DNA of 51,915 nt from Firmicutes bacterium UBA995 (GTDB lineage Bacteria > Bacillota > Sulfobacillia > UBA995), in NCBI GenBank assembly GCA_002291985.1, contig DBBB01000119.1, forward strand, positions 1 to 51,915. Direction: 5' to 3'. The translations under genes were made by a program, and so were the position numbers. Under the pieces are notes generated by a model. That model was not told the origin of the DNA. It did no database searches and saw only the letters and a list, made by a program, of their open reading frames with translations. Each line of letters begins with the position of its first letter. The stretch's first letter is position 1. Of this stretch, positions 17,971 to 27,070 are shown one piece after another.

Positions 17971-18615
17971 TCAATGCGTGGGTTGCTGCTCTTGACCCAG
18001 GACGGCCCTTTCCAGCGCCTGAACCCGGTCAAGGAGAGCGTTGGTCAATTCCACCACCGGGTCAGGCAAGTTGGCGTGATCCAGGGGATCGAGCTTGACC
18101 CCATCCTTGACCACAATGCGGCCGGGGATGCCGACCACGGTGCAGTTGTCGGGCACGGGGCGGATGACTACCGCTCCCGCTCCTACCCGGCAGTTGGCCC
18201 CGACAGCGATGGCGCCGAGCACCTTGGCGCCGGCGGCGAGCACCGTGTTGTTCCCGATGGTAGGGTGCCGCTTGCCCCTTTCCTTGCCCGTGCCGCCAAG
18301 GGTTACTGCCTGGTAGATGGTGACATCATCGCCAACTTCGGCCGTCTCGCCGATGACCACGCCCAGTCCATGGTCGATGAAGCAGCGGCGTCCGATCCGC
18401 GCTCCCGGATGGATCTCGATGCCGGTTGCCAGGCGCCCGAGATGGGAACAGGCGCGCGCCAGCAGGTAACAGCGGCGCCGATATAAGAAGTGGGCCACAC
18501 GGTGTAGCCATAAGGCGTGAAGGCCCGGGTAGCACAGGATGACCTCGAGGAGGCTGCGGGCCGCGGGGTCGCGGGTGAAGGCGGCGGCGATGTCTTCCCG
18601 AATGCGGTCCAGCAT
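17971..18615 (-). CDS. cysE: serine O-acetyltransferase
   Basis: ATG 18615 (MLDRIRED...) lies 7 nt after GGAGGAGG. Hexapeptide repeats: [44 protein letters not shown]. Confidence 0.85.
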   Translation of the reverse strand: MLDRIREDIAAAFTRDPAARSLLEVILCYPGLHALWLHRVAHFLYRRRCYLLARACSHLGRLATGIEIHPGARIGRRCFIDHGLGVVIGETAEVGDDVTIYQAVTLGGTGKERGKRHPTIGNNTVLAAGAKVLGAIAVGANCRVGAGAVVIRPVPDNCTVVGIPGRIVVKDGVKLDPLDHANLPDPVVELTNALLDRVQALERAVLGQEQQPTH

Positions 18616-18676
18616 CCGCTGGCCTCCTCCTCGACCGATCCACCGGGACATTGCCGCCCCCGTCCTCTCCCGCAGG

Positions 18677-18705
18677 TTGACACCGTTGAAGGCGGCGGAT
18701 ATAAT
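18677..18705 (+). promoter_or_regulatory. consensus sigma-A/sigma-70 promoter of the rpmH operon
   Basis: Exact TTGACA (18677-18682), a 17-nt spacer, then exact TATAAT (18700-18705), 65 nt upstream of the rpmH ATG. Confidence 0.6.
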
Positions 18706-18770
18706 CGAGCAGGAATTCGGGGCCGCGCTTGGTGTTCCTCTTTTTGTCCCGGCCCAGGGGAAGGTGAGGC

Positions 18771-18905
18771 ATGCTACGGACCTTTCAGCCCAATGTGCGA
18801 AGGCGGAAGCGCCGGCATGGCTTCCGGAAGCGGATGAGCACTTCGGGCGGGCAGAGGGTGATCGCCCGGCGTCGGGCCAAGGGGAGAACTCGGGTCTCCG
18901 CTTGA
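18771..18905 (+). CDS. rpmH: 50S ribosomal protein L34 (44 aa; below the ORF-track length cutoff)
   Basis: Hand translation gives [44 protein letters not shown]. There is a GGGGAAGGTGAGG SD upstream. Confidence 0.9.
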   Translation: MLRTFQPNVRRRKRRHGFRKRMSTSGGQRVIARRRAKGRTRVSA

Positions 18906-18926
18906 CCGGCAGTCGAGGAGGCCGGG

Positions 18927-19274
18927 GTGGGCGGAGAGCGAAGGTTGAAGCGAGCCGAGGATTTTCGAGCGGTCTACAGGGCGGGCAGGCGGTACGGGAA
19001 CCGGCTGGTCGCCCTGTATGTGTTAGCTCGCGGTGACGGTCCGTCGCGAGTGGGCTACACCACGGGGCGGGGGATAGGAAAGGCCACCGTTCGCAATCGC
19101 CTCCGCCGGCGCCTCCGGGAGATCGGCCGGCGCTGGGAGAGAGAATTGGGAACCGGTCGGGACTTCGTGATGGTGGCGCGCACGGAGGCGGTCGAGGCGG
19201 ATTTCGCCCGTCTCAAGGCGGGGGTGTTAGCGGTGCTGGACGAGGCAGCGAGGTGGGAAAGGGAAGAGGGTTAG
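18927..19274 (+). CDS. rnpA: ribonuclease P protein component
   Basis: GTG after [34 protein letters not shown] is typical of RnpA. It follows rpmH. Confidence 0.85.
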   Translation: MGGERRLKRAEDFRAVYRAGRRYGNRLVALYVLARGDGPSRVGYTTGRGIGKATVRNRLRRRLREIGRRWERELGTGRDFVMVARTEAVEADFARLKAGVLAVLDEAARWEREEG

Positions 19275-19276
19275 CG

Positions 19277-19558
19277 ATGATTGGACGCCGGCTTGCTCTT
19301 TTGGGCAGGGGCGCAGTATTGCTGGGAATCCGGACGTATCGGTGCTTCGTTTCTCCCCTGAAACCGCCATGTTGCCGGTTTACCCCGTCCTGTTCCCAGT
19401 ATGCGGCGGAAGCCGTGGAGGTCCACGGTCTCAAAGTTGGTTTGGGGTTAGCGGTCCGGAGGATAGTACGCTGCCACCCGTGGCATCCGGGCGGCTGGGA
19501 CCCGGTGGTTGCACCAGACCGCTCGGCGGGAGGGAAGTCCCATGACCTGGTTGGTTGA
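19277..19558 (+). CDS. yidD: membrane protein insertion efficiency factor YidD
   Basis: ATG 3 nt after the rnpA stop. Signature [26 protein letters not shown]. Confidence 0.85.
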   Translation: MIGRRLALLGRGAVLLGIRTYRCFVSPLKPPCCRFTPSCSQYAAEAVEVHGLKVGLGLAVRRIVRCHPWHPGGWDPVVAPDRSAGGKSHDLVG

Positions 19559-20171
19559 AATCGTTCTGAGCAGTCTCGATTTCCTGTTCGTCCTCACGGG
19601 GAGTTACGGGTGGGCGATCATCCTCTTGACCCTGGGCATCAGGGTGGCGTTGCTGCCGCTGACGGCAGCTCAGATTCGTTCCCGCAGCAAAATGCAGGAG
19701 ATTACCCCGAAGCTGAACGAGTTGCGGGCCAAGTTCAAGGGTGACCGGGAGCGGCTGAATCGGGAAACCTTGGAGCTATGGAAGAAACACAAGGTCAACC
19801 CGCTTGGCGGGTGCCTGCCCTTGCTCGTCCAGTTACCTTTCGTTCTCGCGGTGTTCTGGGCTCTGCAACGGGTTGACTATCGGGTCACCCCGTATTTCCT
19901 GGGGATTAACCTGGCGGAGCCCGAGTTGTGGGTGCTGCCGATCCTGGCAGGGGCGGGCACCTTTGCGCAGTCGTTGCTGATGAGCGGTGGGGACCCGTCG
20001 CAGCGCGCGATGCTCTACATTGCGCCGCTGATGATCGCATGGGTCACCCGCAGTTTCCCCGCCGGCCTGGCACTTTACTGGGTCGGGACCAGTTGCATCG
20101 GCGTCCTCGAACATTACGGGTTCACCTGGCTATGGCGAGCCCGGACGAACGCGAAGGTGCAGTCCCGGTGA
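19542..20171 (+). CDS. yidC: YidC/SpoIIIJ-type membrane protein insertase (short form)
   Basis: ATG 19542 overlaps the yidD end. Motifs: [33 protein letters not shown]. Confidence 0.85.
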   Translation: MTWLVEIVLSSLDFLFVLTGSYGWAIILLTLGIRVALLPLTAAQIRSRSKMQEITPKLNELRAKFKGDRERLNRETLELWKKHKVNPLGGCLPLLVQLPFVLAVFWALQRVDYRVTPYFLGINLAEPELWVLPILAGAGTFAQSLLMSGGDPSQRAMLYIAPLMIAWVTRSFPAGLALYWVGTSCIGVLEHYGFTWLWRARTNAKVQSR

Positions 20172-20821
20172 ATCCCATCGAGGCGGAAGGACGTTCGGTC
20201 GAGGAGGCAGTGCGCCGGGCGCTCTCGCAGACGGGATGGTCGAGGGATCGCGTCGACATCGAGGTACTGGACGAGGGAGGCGGCTTGTTTGCCTGGCTGG
20301 GAGGCGGGCGACCGGCCCGGGTCCGACTGCGACCGAGGTTGGCCAAGGTGGACCTGGCGGTAGGACTGCTGAAAGACACCATCCGGATAATGGGGGTGGG
20401 TCCGGCAGCAGTCACGGCACGGGTGGAAGAAGATCGGATCATGCTGGACGCGCGGGGCCCGGCCCTGGGGGCGCTCATCGGGCGGCGGGGAGTGGTGTTG
20501 GATGACCTGCAACGGCTGATCAACGCCGCCCTGGCGAAGCAGGGCGACGACCGTCTGATGGTCATCATGGACGTGGAGGGCTATCGCCTTCGGCGGGAAA
20601 TGACTCTGCGCCGTCTGGCCGAGAGACTGGCGGGGCAGGTTCGACGTGGGGGGAGTCCGGTCACGCTCGAGCCCATGAATCCCCGGGAGCGCCGGGTAAT
20701 CCACCTGGCTTTGAAGGACGATCCGCATGTGACGACGCGAAGTGAGGGTGAGGAGCCGCGGCGTTGCGTGGTGATAGAACCCCGGCGTGGTGGCGCCTCA
20801 CCGGTTGATGGGATGGGATAG
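20168..20821 (+). CDS. jag: Jag/KhpB RNA-binding protein (Jag_N-KH-R3H)
   Basis: GTG overlaps the yidC stop. The C-terminal R3H segment is RERRVIHLALKDDPHVTTRSEGEEPRRCVVI. Confidence 0.8.
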   Translation: MNPIEAEGRSVEEAVRRALSQTGWSRDRVDIEVLDEGGGLFAWLGGGRPARVRLRPRLAKVDLAVGLLKDTIRIMGVGPAAVTARVEEDRIMLDARGPALGALIGRRGVVLDDLQRLINAALAKQGDDRLMVIMDVEGYRLRREMTLRRLAERLAGQVRRGGSPVTLEPMNPRERRVIHLALKDDPHVTTRSEGEEPRRCVVIEPRRGGASPVDGMG

Positions 20822-21562
20822 GTGAGCCTTCCTGCGGCCTTGGAGGGTGGGCTGGCGGAACTCGGGTTGTCCGTGAATGCTGCACAACGCGATACCTTCC
20901 TTCAGTTTCGGGAATCGCTCATGAAGGCCGGGACCAAGTTGACCGGGTTCGGCTCTGCTTCCGACCTGGATCTGAAAGGGATCGTTGACTCGCTCACGTG
21001 CCTCCGGGCGGTTTCCCTTACCCGGGAACAGCGCCTGGTGGACGTCGGCAGCGGCGGCGGGCTGCCGGGGATCCCCCTGGCGGTGGCGGTACCCGGACTG
21101 CAAGTCACCCTGCTGGAAGCTTCCGTGCGCAAGGGAACATTCCTGAAGGGGCTGGTGGCGACCCTTGGCTTGGCGGAGGTAAGCGTCGTGGTGGCCAGAG
21201 CCGAGGAATTCGGAAGATCGGCCGCGCGCGCCGGTTACGACGTGGCTACGATTCGAGCGGTGGCGTCACTTGCCGTAGCGGCCGAATACTGCCTGCCGCT
21301 GCTCAAACGGGGAGGCGCCTTCGTGGCAATGAAAGGTCCGGCGGTGGCCGCGGAGATGGACGCGGGGATCGCGGCCGCGCGATTGCTCGGAGGTGGGCCG
21401 CCGGAGGTGGTCGAACTCAAGTTGCCCATCCTGGGCCATCGAAGGACCCTGGTGGTCGTCCGCAAGATAGATGAAACGCCGCCGGGTTATCCCCGGCGTG
21501 TCGGAGTGCCGAACAGACGACCCCTGGACGAAGGAGTGATTGCTCACCTTGGAGATGGCTGA
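20822..21562 (+). CDS. rsmG: 16S rRNA (guanine527-N7)-methyltransferase
   Basis: GTG immediately follows the jag stop. SAM motif VDVGSGGGLPGIPLA. Confidence 0.85.
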   Translation: MSLPAALEGGLAELGLSVNAAQRDTFLQFRESLMKAGTKLTGFGSASDLDLKGIVDSLTCLRAVSLTREQRLVDVGSGGGLPGIPLAVAVPGLQVTLLEASVRKGTFLKGLVATLGLAEVSVVVARAEEFGRSAARAGYDVATIRAVASLAVAAEYCLPLLKRGGAFVAMKGPAVAAEMDAGIAAARLLGGGPPEVVELKLPILGHRRTLVVVRKIDETPPGYPRRVGVPNRRPLDEGVIAHLGDG

Positions 21563-22373
21563 CGAACAGGTCGTTCTGATCCCCATAGCCCAGATCCGCG
21601 AGAACCGCCACCAGCCGAGAAGAGTGTTCGACGAGGGGCGGCTGCAGGAACTCGCCGACTCTATCCGTGTCCACGGGTTGATTCAGCCCATCGTGCTCCG
21701 GCCCTTGGCGGGCGGATTTGAGTTGGCGATTGGCGAGCGTCGGTTGCGGGCGGCAGTCCTGGCCGGGTTCGCTTCCGTCCCGGCCATCGTGCGGGAGATG
21801 GATGACAGGGAGCTTGCGCTGGTTGCCCTCGTTGAGAACCTGCAACGAGAGGACCTCGACGTGATGGAGGAAGTTGAGAGTTATGCCCGCCTCGTTGACG
21901 AATTCGGTCTGACCCAGGAAGAACTGGGCCGGCGGATAGGGAAGAGTCAGTCGGCTATCGCGAACAAACTGCGGTTGCGCCGCCTCGATCCGGCGGTGAG
22001 GGAGCGGATCTCCCGGGAGAAGTTGGGGGAGAGGCAGGCGCGGGCCTTGCTGAATCTGGCGGATCCGGCCTGGCAACTGAGAGTCATCGATGTCGTGGTG
22101 CAGAAGGGGCTCACCGTCCGGGAGACGGAGGGGCTGGTGGCCGAGACCGCCAAGTCCCTCGCGATGGGGCACACGCCCATGGAGCCGGACTGCGCGCCCC
22201 CGCCGCGCCAGGTGCGGCGGGTCGTGCGGGACATCCGGATCTTCCTCAACACCTTTCAGCAGGCGGTGGACGCTCTGAAGGAGGCCGGGTTTGCCGCGGA
22301 GATGACCAGGGAGGACATGGGGGATTCACTGGAGGTCCGCGTTCGCATACCCAAGGAGCGCGCCCGCCCGTAG
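21540..22373 (+). CDS. noc: ParB-family protein, Noc-like paralogue upstream of parA
   Basis: Motifs: GLIQPIVLRP, ELAIGERRLRAA, LVENLQREDL. The rsmG-noc-soj-spo0J position matches Firmicutes. The start is ambiguous (TTG 21540 or ATG 21555). Confidence 0.75.
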   Translation: MLTLEMADEQVVLIPIAQIRENRHQPRRVFDEGRLQELADSIRVHGLIQPIVLRPLAGGFELAIGERRLRAAVLAGFASVPAIVREMDDRELALVALVENLQREDLDVMEEVESYARLVDEFGLTQEELGRRIGKSQSAIANKLRLRRLDPAVRERISREKLGERQARALLNLADPAWQLRVIDVVVQKGLTVRETEGLVAETAKSLAMGHTPMEPDCAPPPRQVRRVVRDIRIFLNTFQQAVDALKEAGFAAEMTREDMGDSLEVRVRIPKERARP

Positions 22374-22427
22374 GCGCGGCAGGAACGACATCCAGGGCGG
22401 AGAAGTAGCGGTGGGAGTTCCCCGGGG

Positions 22428-23201
22428 GTGGTGCGGACCGTGGGGAAGGTGATGGCGATTGCCAATCAAAAGGGCGGAGTCGGTAAGACCACGACTACGG
22501 TGAATCTGGGTGCGGCTCTGGCGTCGCTGGGCAAGCGGATCCTTCTGGTTGACGTGGATCCGCAAGGGCACACGGGCAGTGGGCTCGGGCTGGATCGGCG
22601 AATCATTCGCAAGAGCCTTTACGACATCCTGTTGGGCGATACAGCACTGGGCGACGCCATCCTGCCGACCAGATGGCCCTTGCTGTTCGTGGTTCCCTCC
22701 ACCGTGGACTTGGCAGGCGCCGAGGTGGAACTGGTTGGCGCCATATCCCGGGAGACCCGACTCAAACAGGCCCTCAAGGACGCAAGGGGCGAGTTCGACT
22801 TCATCCTCGTCGATTGCCCGCCATCCCTCGGTCTACTGACGGTGAATGCCCTCACCGCTGCCGACACCGTGCTGGTCCCAATGCAGTGTGAATACTACGC
22901 CCTCGAAGGCCTTAGCCAGTTGATGAGCACGGTGCATCTCGTGAAGACCCATCTCAATCCCGGGCTGCGGATCGAGGGAGTAGTCCTGACCATGTTCGAC
23001 GGTCGTACCAACCTGTCGATCGAGGTGGTGGACGAAGTCAAGCGCTACTTCCGCGACAAGGTCTACCGGACCATCATCCCCCGGAGCGTTCGCTTGAGCG
23101 AAGCGCCCAGCCATGGCATGCCGATCACGGCCTACGATCCTCGTTCTCGGGGCGCAGAGGTTTACCTCGAACTCGCCAAGGAGGTAGTCAGCAGTGCCTA
23201 A
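22428..23201 (+). CDS. parA: chromosome partitioning ATPase ParA/Soj
   Basis: Deviant Walker A in IANQKGGVGKTTTTVNL. The start is uncertain (GTG 22428 or ATG 22452). Confidence 0.9.
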   Translation: MVRTVGKVMAIANQKGGVGKTTTTVNLGAALASLGKRILLVDVDPQGHTGSGLGLDRRIIRKSLYDILLGDTALGDAILPTRWPLLFVVPSTVDLAGAEVELVGAISRETRLKQALKDARGEFDFILVDCPPSLGLLTVNALTAADTVLVPMQCEYYALEGLSQLMSTVHLVKTHLNPGLRIEGVVLTMFDGRTNLSIEVVDEVKRYFRDKVYRTIIPRSVRLSEAPSHGMPITAYDPRSRGAEVYLELAKEVVSSA

Positions 23202-24036
23202 GAGGGGACTCGGTCGCGGTCTTGACGCCTTGCTGCCCGGGGCGGACGAGGCGGACCTGCAGGACCTGCCGGTGGGGGCGTTGCGCCCCAGCCGTTTTCA
23301 GCCCCGGGAGGCCTTCGACGAGGGGCGACTGGAGGAACTCGCGAAGTCCATCAGCCAGCATGGCATAGTCCAGCCGATCGTGGCGCGGCGGGCGAGAGAC
23401 GGCTATGAGGTAGTCGTCGGCGAGCGGCGCTGGCGTGCGGCCGTCCTGGCTGGATTGGAGACGATTCCCGCGCTGGTGCGAGACTTCTCGGACGCCGGCG
23501 CCATGGAACTCGCGCTGATCGAAAACCTCCAACGGGAAGACCTGAACCCCATGGAGGAGGCTACCGCCTACCGGCGCCTGATAGACGAGTTTCAGTTCAC
23601 GCAGGACACGGTTGCCGAGCGTGTGGGCCGGGAACGAACCCACGTTGCCCACTGCCTTCGATTGCTGGGGCTTGAGGCTGAGGTGCAGGATGCCATACGG
23701 CGAGGGGAATTGACCCTGGGCCACGGCAAGGTCCTCGCGGGGATCAGCGACAAAGAGTCTCAGCGGCGGTTGGCCGGCAGGGTCCGGGAGGCGGGATTGT
23801 CCGTAAGGGCCCTGGAATTGTTGGCCGGGCGGGCGCGCAGGGACCGGAGACCCCCTCGAGCCGGTTCCGTCGACCCTGCGCTGCAGTCACTGGAAGAGCG
23901 CCTTACCCGCCACCTGGGAACCCGGGTCCGGATCCGCCCCGCTCGGATGGGAGGCCGGATCGAGATCCTGTACTTCAATCCCTCCGATTTACAGCGTCTA
24001 CTCGAAGGACTGATGGGTGAAGGAGCATGGCTGTGA
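23194..24036 (+). CDS. parB: chromosome partitioning protein ParB/Spo0J
   Basis: GTG lies 9 nt after AAGGAGG and overlaps the parA stop. Motifs: RGLGRGLDALL, GIVQPIVARR, VVVGERRWRAA, IENLQREDLNPMEEA. Confidence 0.9.
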   Translation: MPKRGLGRGLDALLPGADEADLQDLPVGALRPSRFQPREAFDEGRLEELAKSISQHGIVQPIVARRARDGYEVVVGERRWRAAVLAGLETIPALVRDFSDAGAMELALIENLQREDLNPMEEATAYRRLIDEFQFTQDTVAERVGRERTHVAHCLRLLGLEAEVQDAIRRGELTLGHGKVLAGISDKESQRRLAGRVREAGLSVRALELLAGRARRDRRPPRAGSVDPALQSLEERLTRHLGTRVRIRPARMGGRIEILYFNPSDLQRLLEGLMGEGAWL

Positions 24037-24054
24037 CACGTGGCACACCCGCTC

Positions 24055-25287
24055 CTACCCCTCGGAAGCGGCCTGGCATGCAGCCGCCAGCACGCGAGCG
24101 AGCGGCGTACCGGTTTCCCGGGCGACTTCCCGGCAGTCCTCGTACTCCGCCCACACCCGCAAGAACCCGCCTTTGCCGCGAACCCGCTTGACCCGTACCT
24201 CTTTGTCGCCAACCGGGACCAGAACCTCCTCCACCGGGAGGCGGAAGCGGCGAACAGAGAACTGCCGCAGCCCAGGAGTGGCCCCCTCGCGGAAGAGGAT
24301 ATCGGCGACGTCGCCGGCCTGAGACTCCATCGTGAGTGCGGTGAGCGTGACCCCCGGCCGCCCCTTCTTCATTACGATGGGAGTGGCCCACGCGTCGAGG
24401 GCGCCACCCTCGAGCATCGTCTCCACAAGGTAAGCGACAGCTTGAGGGGTGACGTCATCGAGATTGGCCTCCGTCAAGACCGCCTGGTCTCGTATCCATG
24501 GACCCGCCGCAGAAACTTCTCGGTCGCCAAAGTTGGGGCGACCCACGGCCAATCGGACCAGGTTGGGCGTGGGAAGGTCCCGGCTTCCTGCTCCGTAGCC
24601 GACCGCCTCCAACACCATTGCCGGCCAGTCCGGGGCGGGTGTGGCCCAGGCGGCAAGCATTGCCGCCCCGGTGGGCGTGACCAGTTCTGCACCGTGCGGC
24701 CCCGACCGGAGGGGAAACTGCCGCAGCAACTCCAGGGTTGCAGGCGCGGGTAACGGCAGTTCTCCGTGGGCGTTGTGCACCGTGCCCGGGGCAACGGGCA
24801 AGGATGAGCAGTAGAGATGCTCGATACCCAGGGCCGCAAGGCCCACCGCGGCGCCCACCACGTCGACAATGGCATCCAGGGCCCCAACCTCGTGAAAGTG
24901 GACCTGCTCCACTGAACAACGGTGGACGCGGGCTTCGGCTCTGGCCAGTGCGGTGAAGACGGCCTCGGCGCGGTCCCGAACTGCCGCTGACAGGCTACTT
25001 GCCTCAAGCAGGGCAAGGATGTCGCCCAAACGCCGGGCGGACTGGGGTTCGTCGGTAACCACTTCCACACGCGTACCGCCTACTCCCGCCCGGGTAACGT
25101 CTTTAACCTGCAGGGAGAAGCCGGAAACCTTCAAGGAGGCCAGACCAGCCCTGAGGCTGGCCGGGTCGAGCCCCGCGTCGATGATGGCGCCCAGCAGCAT
25201 ATCCCCGGCAATCCCTGAGAAACAGTCTAGATAACCGATGCGCCCCGTCCCGGACTTGTCGGCGGCCTCAGGGCCTATCCCCCTCAA
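24055..25287 (-). CDS. larC: nickel-pincer cofactor biosynthesis protein LarC (DUF111)
   Basis: N-terminal IGYLDCFSGIAGDMLLGAIIDAG signature. The proposed TTG 25287 lies 9 nt after GGGAAGGGAG and gives 411 aa. The track ORF extends to 25446 without similarity. Confidence 0.8.
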   Translation of the reverse strand: MRGIGPEAADKSGTGRIGYLDCFSGIAGDMLLGAIIDAGLDPASLRAGLASLKVSGFSLQVKDVTRAGVGGTRVEVVTDEPQSARRLGDILALLEASSLSAAVRDRAEAVFTALARAEARVHRCSVEQVHFHEVGALDAIVDVVGAAVGLAALGIEHLYCSSLPVAPGTVHNAHGELPLPAPATLELLRQFPLRSGPHGAELVTPTGAAMLAAWATPAPDWPAMVLEAVGYGAGSRDLPTPNLVRLAVGRPNFGDREVSAAGPWIRDQAVLTEANLDDVTPQAVAYLVETMLEGGALDAWATPIVMKKGRPGVTLTALTMESQAGDVADILFREGATPGLRQFSVRRFRLPVEEVLVPVGDKEVRVKRVRGKGGFLRVWAEYEDCREVARETGTPLARVLAAACQAASEG

Positions 25288-25424
25288 AGCGCACAGCTCC
25301 CTTCCCCGGAATCCCGTCTTTCCGGCAGTGTTTGGCCACCATGGCCGATTTATCCTGTCCAGCAGGAAACCAGGGAGGTGAGCACGAATCCCCCCCCTAC
25401 TCGCACGGTCAGGAGGCGGGGAAC

Positions 25425-26024
25425 GTGGCCGACATCTGGTCGCCACAGCAGGCCATAGCCGGGGCAGCCCTGTTGCTGCTGCTGGCGGTCCTGGTCAGCA
25501 CGCGGGTGTCCCTCGCCAGGCTGGGAGCGCAGGTGCGAGCCATCGCCGGCGGTCCGCCCGGCTACAATCTCGAAAGAGAACTGCGCCAGCATGCCCTCGC
25601 GGCGAAGAACCTGCTCAAGCGGATCGAGGAACTTGAGCGCCGGCTGGCGAGCACCGAAGAAAGGCAGGCCGGCGCCTTGCAGCGGCTGGGACTGGTGCGG
25701 TTCAACGCTTTTGAGGATACCGGGTCCGATCAGAGCTTCAGCCTGGCGTTGCTTGATGGCAGAGGCTCGGGATTCGTGCTGACCTCGCTGTACGGCCGTA
25801 GTGAGAGCCGCATGTATGCCAAGCCGTTGCTGGACGGAAAGTGCCCCTACAAGCTGTCCGATGAGGAACAGCAGGCTATGCGGGGCGCAGGAGAGGGTAA
25901 GACCTGGGTATCGGGACTTACTGGACATGGTGCCAGCGTGCCGGTGCCGCGGGGGCGGAGACCTCGACCCCGACCGCACAATGCGCGCGGGGCCGTCGCG
26001 GTGGGCGACGACGCTGAAGGATGA
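25425..26024 (+). CDS. DUF4446 family protein
   Basis: GTG 25425 lies 8 nt after AGGAGG. It has an N-terminal TM segment, a coiled coil, and the DUF4446 core LGLVRFNAFEDTGSDQSFSLALLDGRGSGFVLTSLYGRSESRMYAKP. Confidence 0.7.
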   Translation: MADIWSPQQAIAGAALLLLLAVLVSTRVSLARLGAQVRAIAGGPPGYNLERELRQHALAAKNLLKRIEELERRLASTEERQAGALQRLGLVRFNAFEDTGSDQSFSLALLDGRGSGFVLTSLYGRSESRMYAKPLLDGKCPYKLSDEEQQAMRGAGEGKTWVSGLTGHGASVPVPRGRRPRPRPHNARGAVAVGDDAEG

Positions 26025-26030
26025 GGACTC

Positions 26031-27005
26031 GTGCGACAAACGGATGACAATCTCTACACAGTGATTTTCGTGCCCCACTCCGAGCGGCCGGTGTCTTCCT
26101 GGCGGTTGCGCACCCTTCACCTGCAGATTCTCGTCCTCGTCCTCACCGTCTTCTTCGTCGGCCTGATCATGATGGCCCATCACAACTCCCGGCTCGCCGC
26201 ACACATGCGGGAACTCGAGGAGTTGCGGGAAGTCAACCAGGAACAACGGCAGTTGATCAGGAGCCTGGCCGAAGAGACCGGGTTACTTCGGGAGCAAATG
26301 CTCTTGCTGGAGGAACTCGAGAGACAACTTCGGGAGATGACCGACATCCTCCCTCCGGAGCTGCGCGGGAGAGGGCCGGGAAGTTCGCTTTCCGGGGAAC
26401 CCGCGGCCTTGGCGGCGACTATCGCCTCCATGCGCCCGCAGACTTCAACCTGGACTCCTCCGGCCGGGGGCAACGTTGTCAGTCTGGCCCCGATCGCCCA
26501 GGCGCGAGACACGGCGGTGCGCATGACCGAACTGCGCACGGTGGCTGAGGATAGGCAAGACACCTTCGAGCAGTTCCGCAAGAGCATAGCCGCTGCCCAA
26601 GCGCAAGACGCCGCACGACCAAGCGGATGGCCGGCGTATGGCCATCTTACATCCCGCTTCGGCTATCGCAATTCGCCCTGGGGGATGGGTTGGGAGTTCC
26701 ACGCGGGGGTGGACATTGCGGCCCGACGGGGGACGCCGATTGTGGCAACGGCCGAGGGGATGGTCGTTTTTGCGGGTTGGCTTGGCCTGTTCGGGAATAC
26801 CGTGATCATCGAACATGGCTATGGCTACCGCACCCTGTACGGACACAACGACAAGAATGCCGTCACCATGGGAGAGAGGGTAACCCGGGGCCAGATCATC
26901 GCCTATATCGGCACCACCGGGCGCAGTACCGGGCCCCATGTCCACTACGAGGTTCACGTCCACGGTCAACAGGTGAACCCCGCACCCTTCCTCCGAGGGC
27001 AATGA
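26031..27005 (+). CDS. M23-family metallopeptidase with N-terminal TM segment and coiled coil
   Basis: Zinc ligands are intact: HAGVD and GPHVHYEVH. Coiled coil: ELEELREVNQEQRQLIRSLAEE.... Confidence 0.85.
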   Translation: MRQTDDNLYTVIFVPHSERPVSSWRLRTLHLQILVLVLTVFFVGLIMMAHHNSRLAAHMRELEELREVNQEQRQLIRSLAEETGLLREQMLLLEELERQLREMTDILPPELRGRGPGSSLSGEPAALAATIASMRPQTSTWTPPAGGNVVSLAPIAQARDTAVRMTELRTVAEDRQDTFEQFRKSIAAAQAQDAARPSGWPAYGHLTSRFGYRNSPWGMGWEFHAGVDIAARRGTPIVATAEGMVVFAGWLGLFGNTVIIEHGYGYRTLYGHNDKNAVTMGERVTRGQIIAYIGTTGRSTGPHVHYEVHVHGQQVNPAPFLRGQ

Positions 27006-27070
27006 CCGGCTGACGGTCTCCCTCACTTTCGCGCACGGAAAGACCATGTCAAACACAAGGGGGTTCACGC

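Noticed and set aside
18616-18770. Possible oriC or DnaA-box cluster in the cysE-rpmH intergenic region.
   Set aside because: The region is only 155 bp. It contains a promoter and SD but no sequence within 1-2 mismatches of TTATCCACA, and it has no AT-rich unwinding element.
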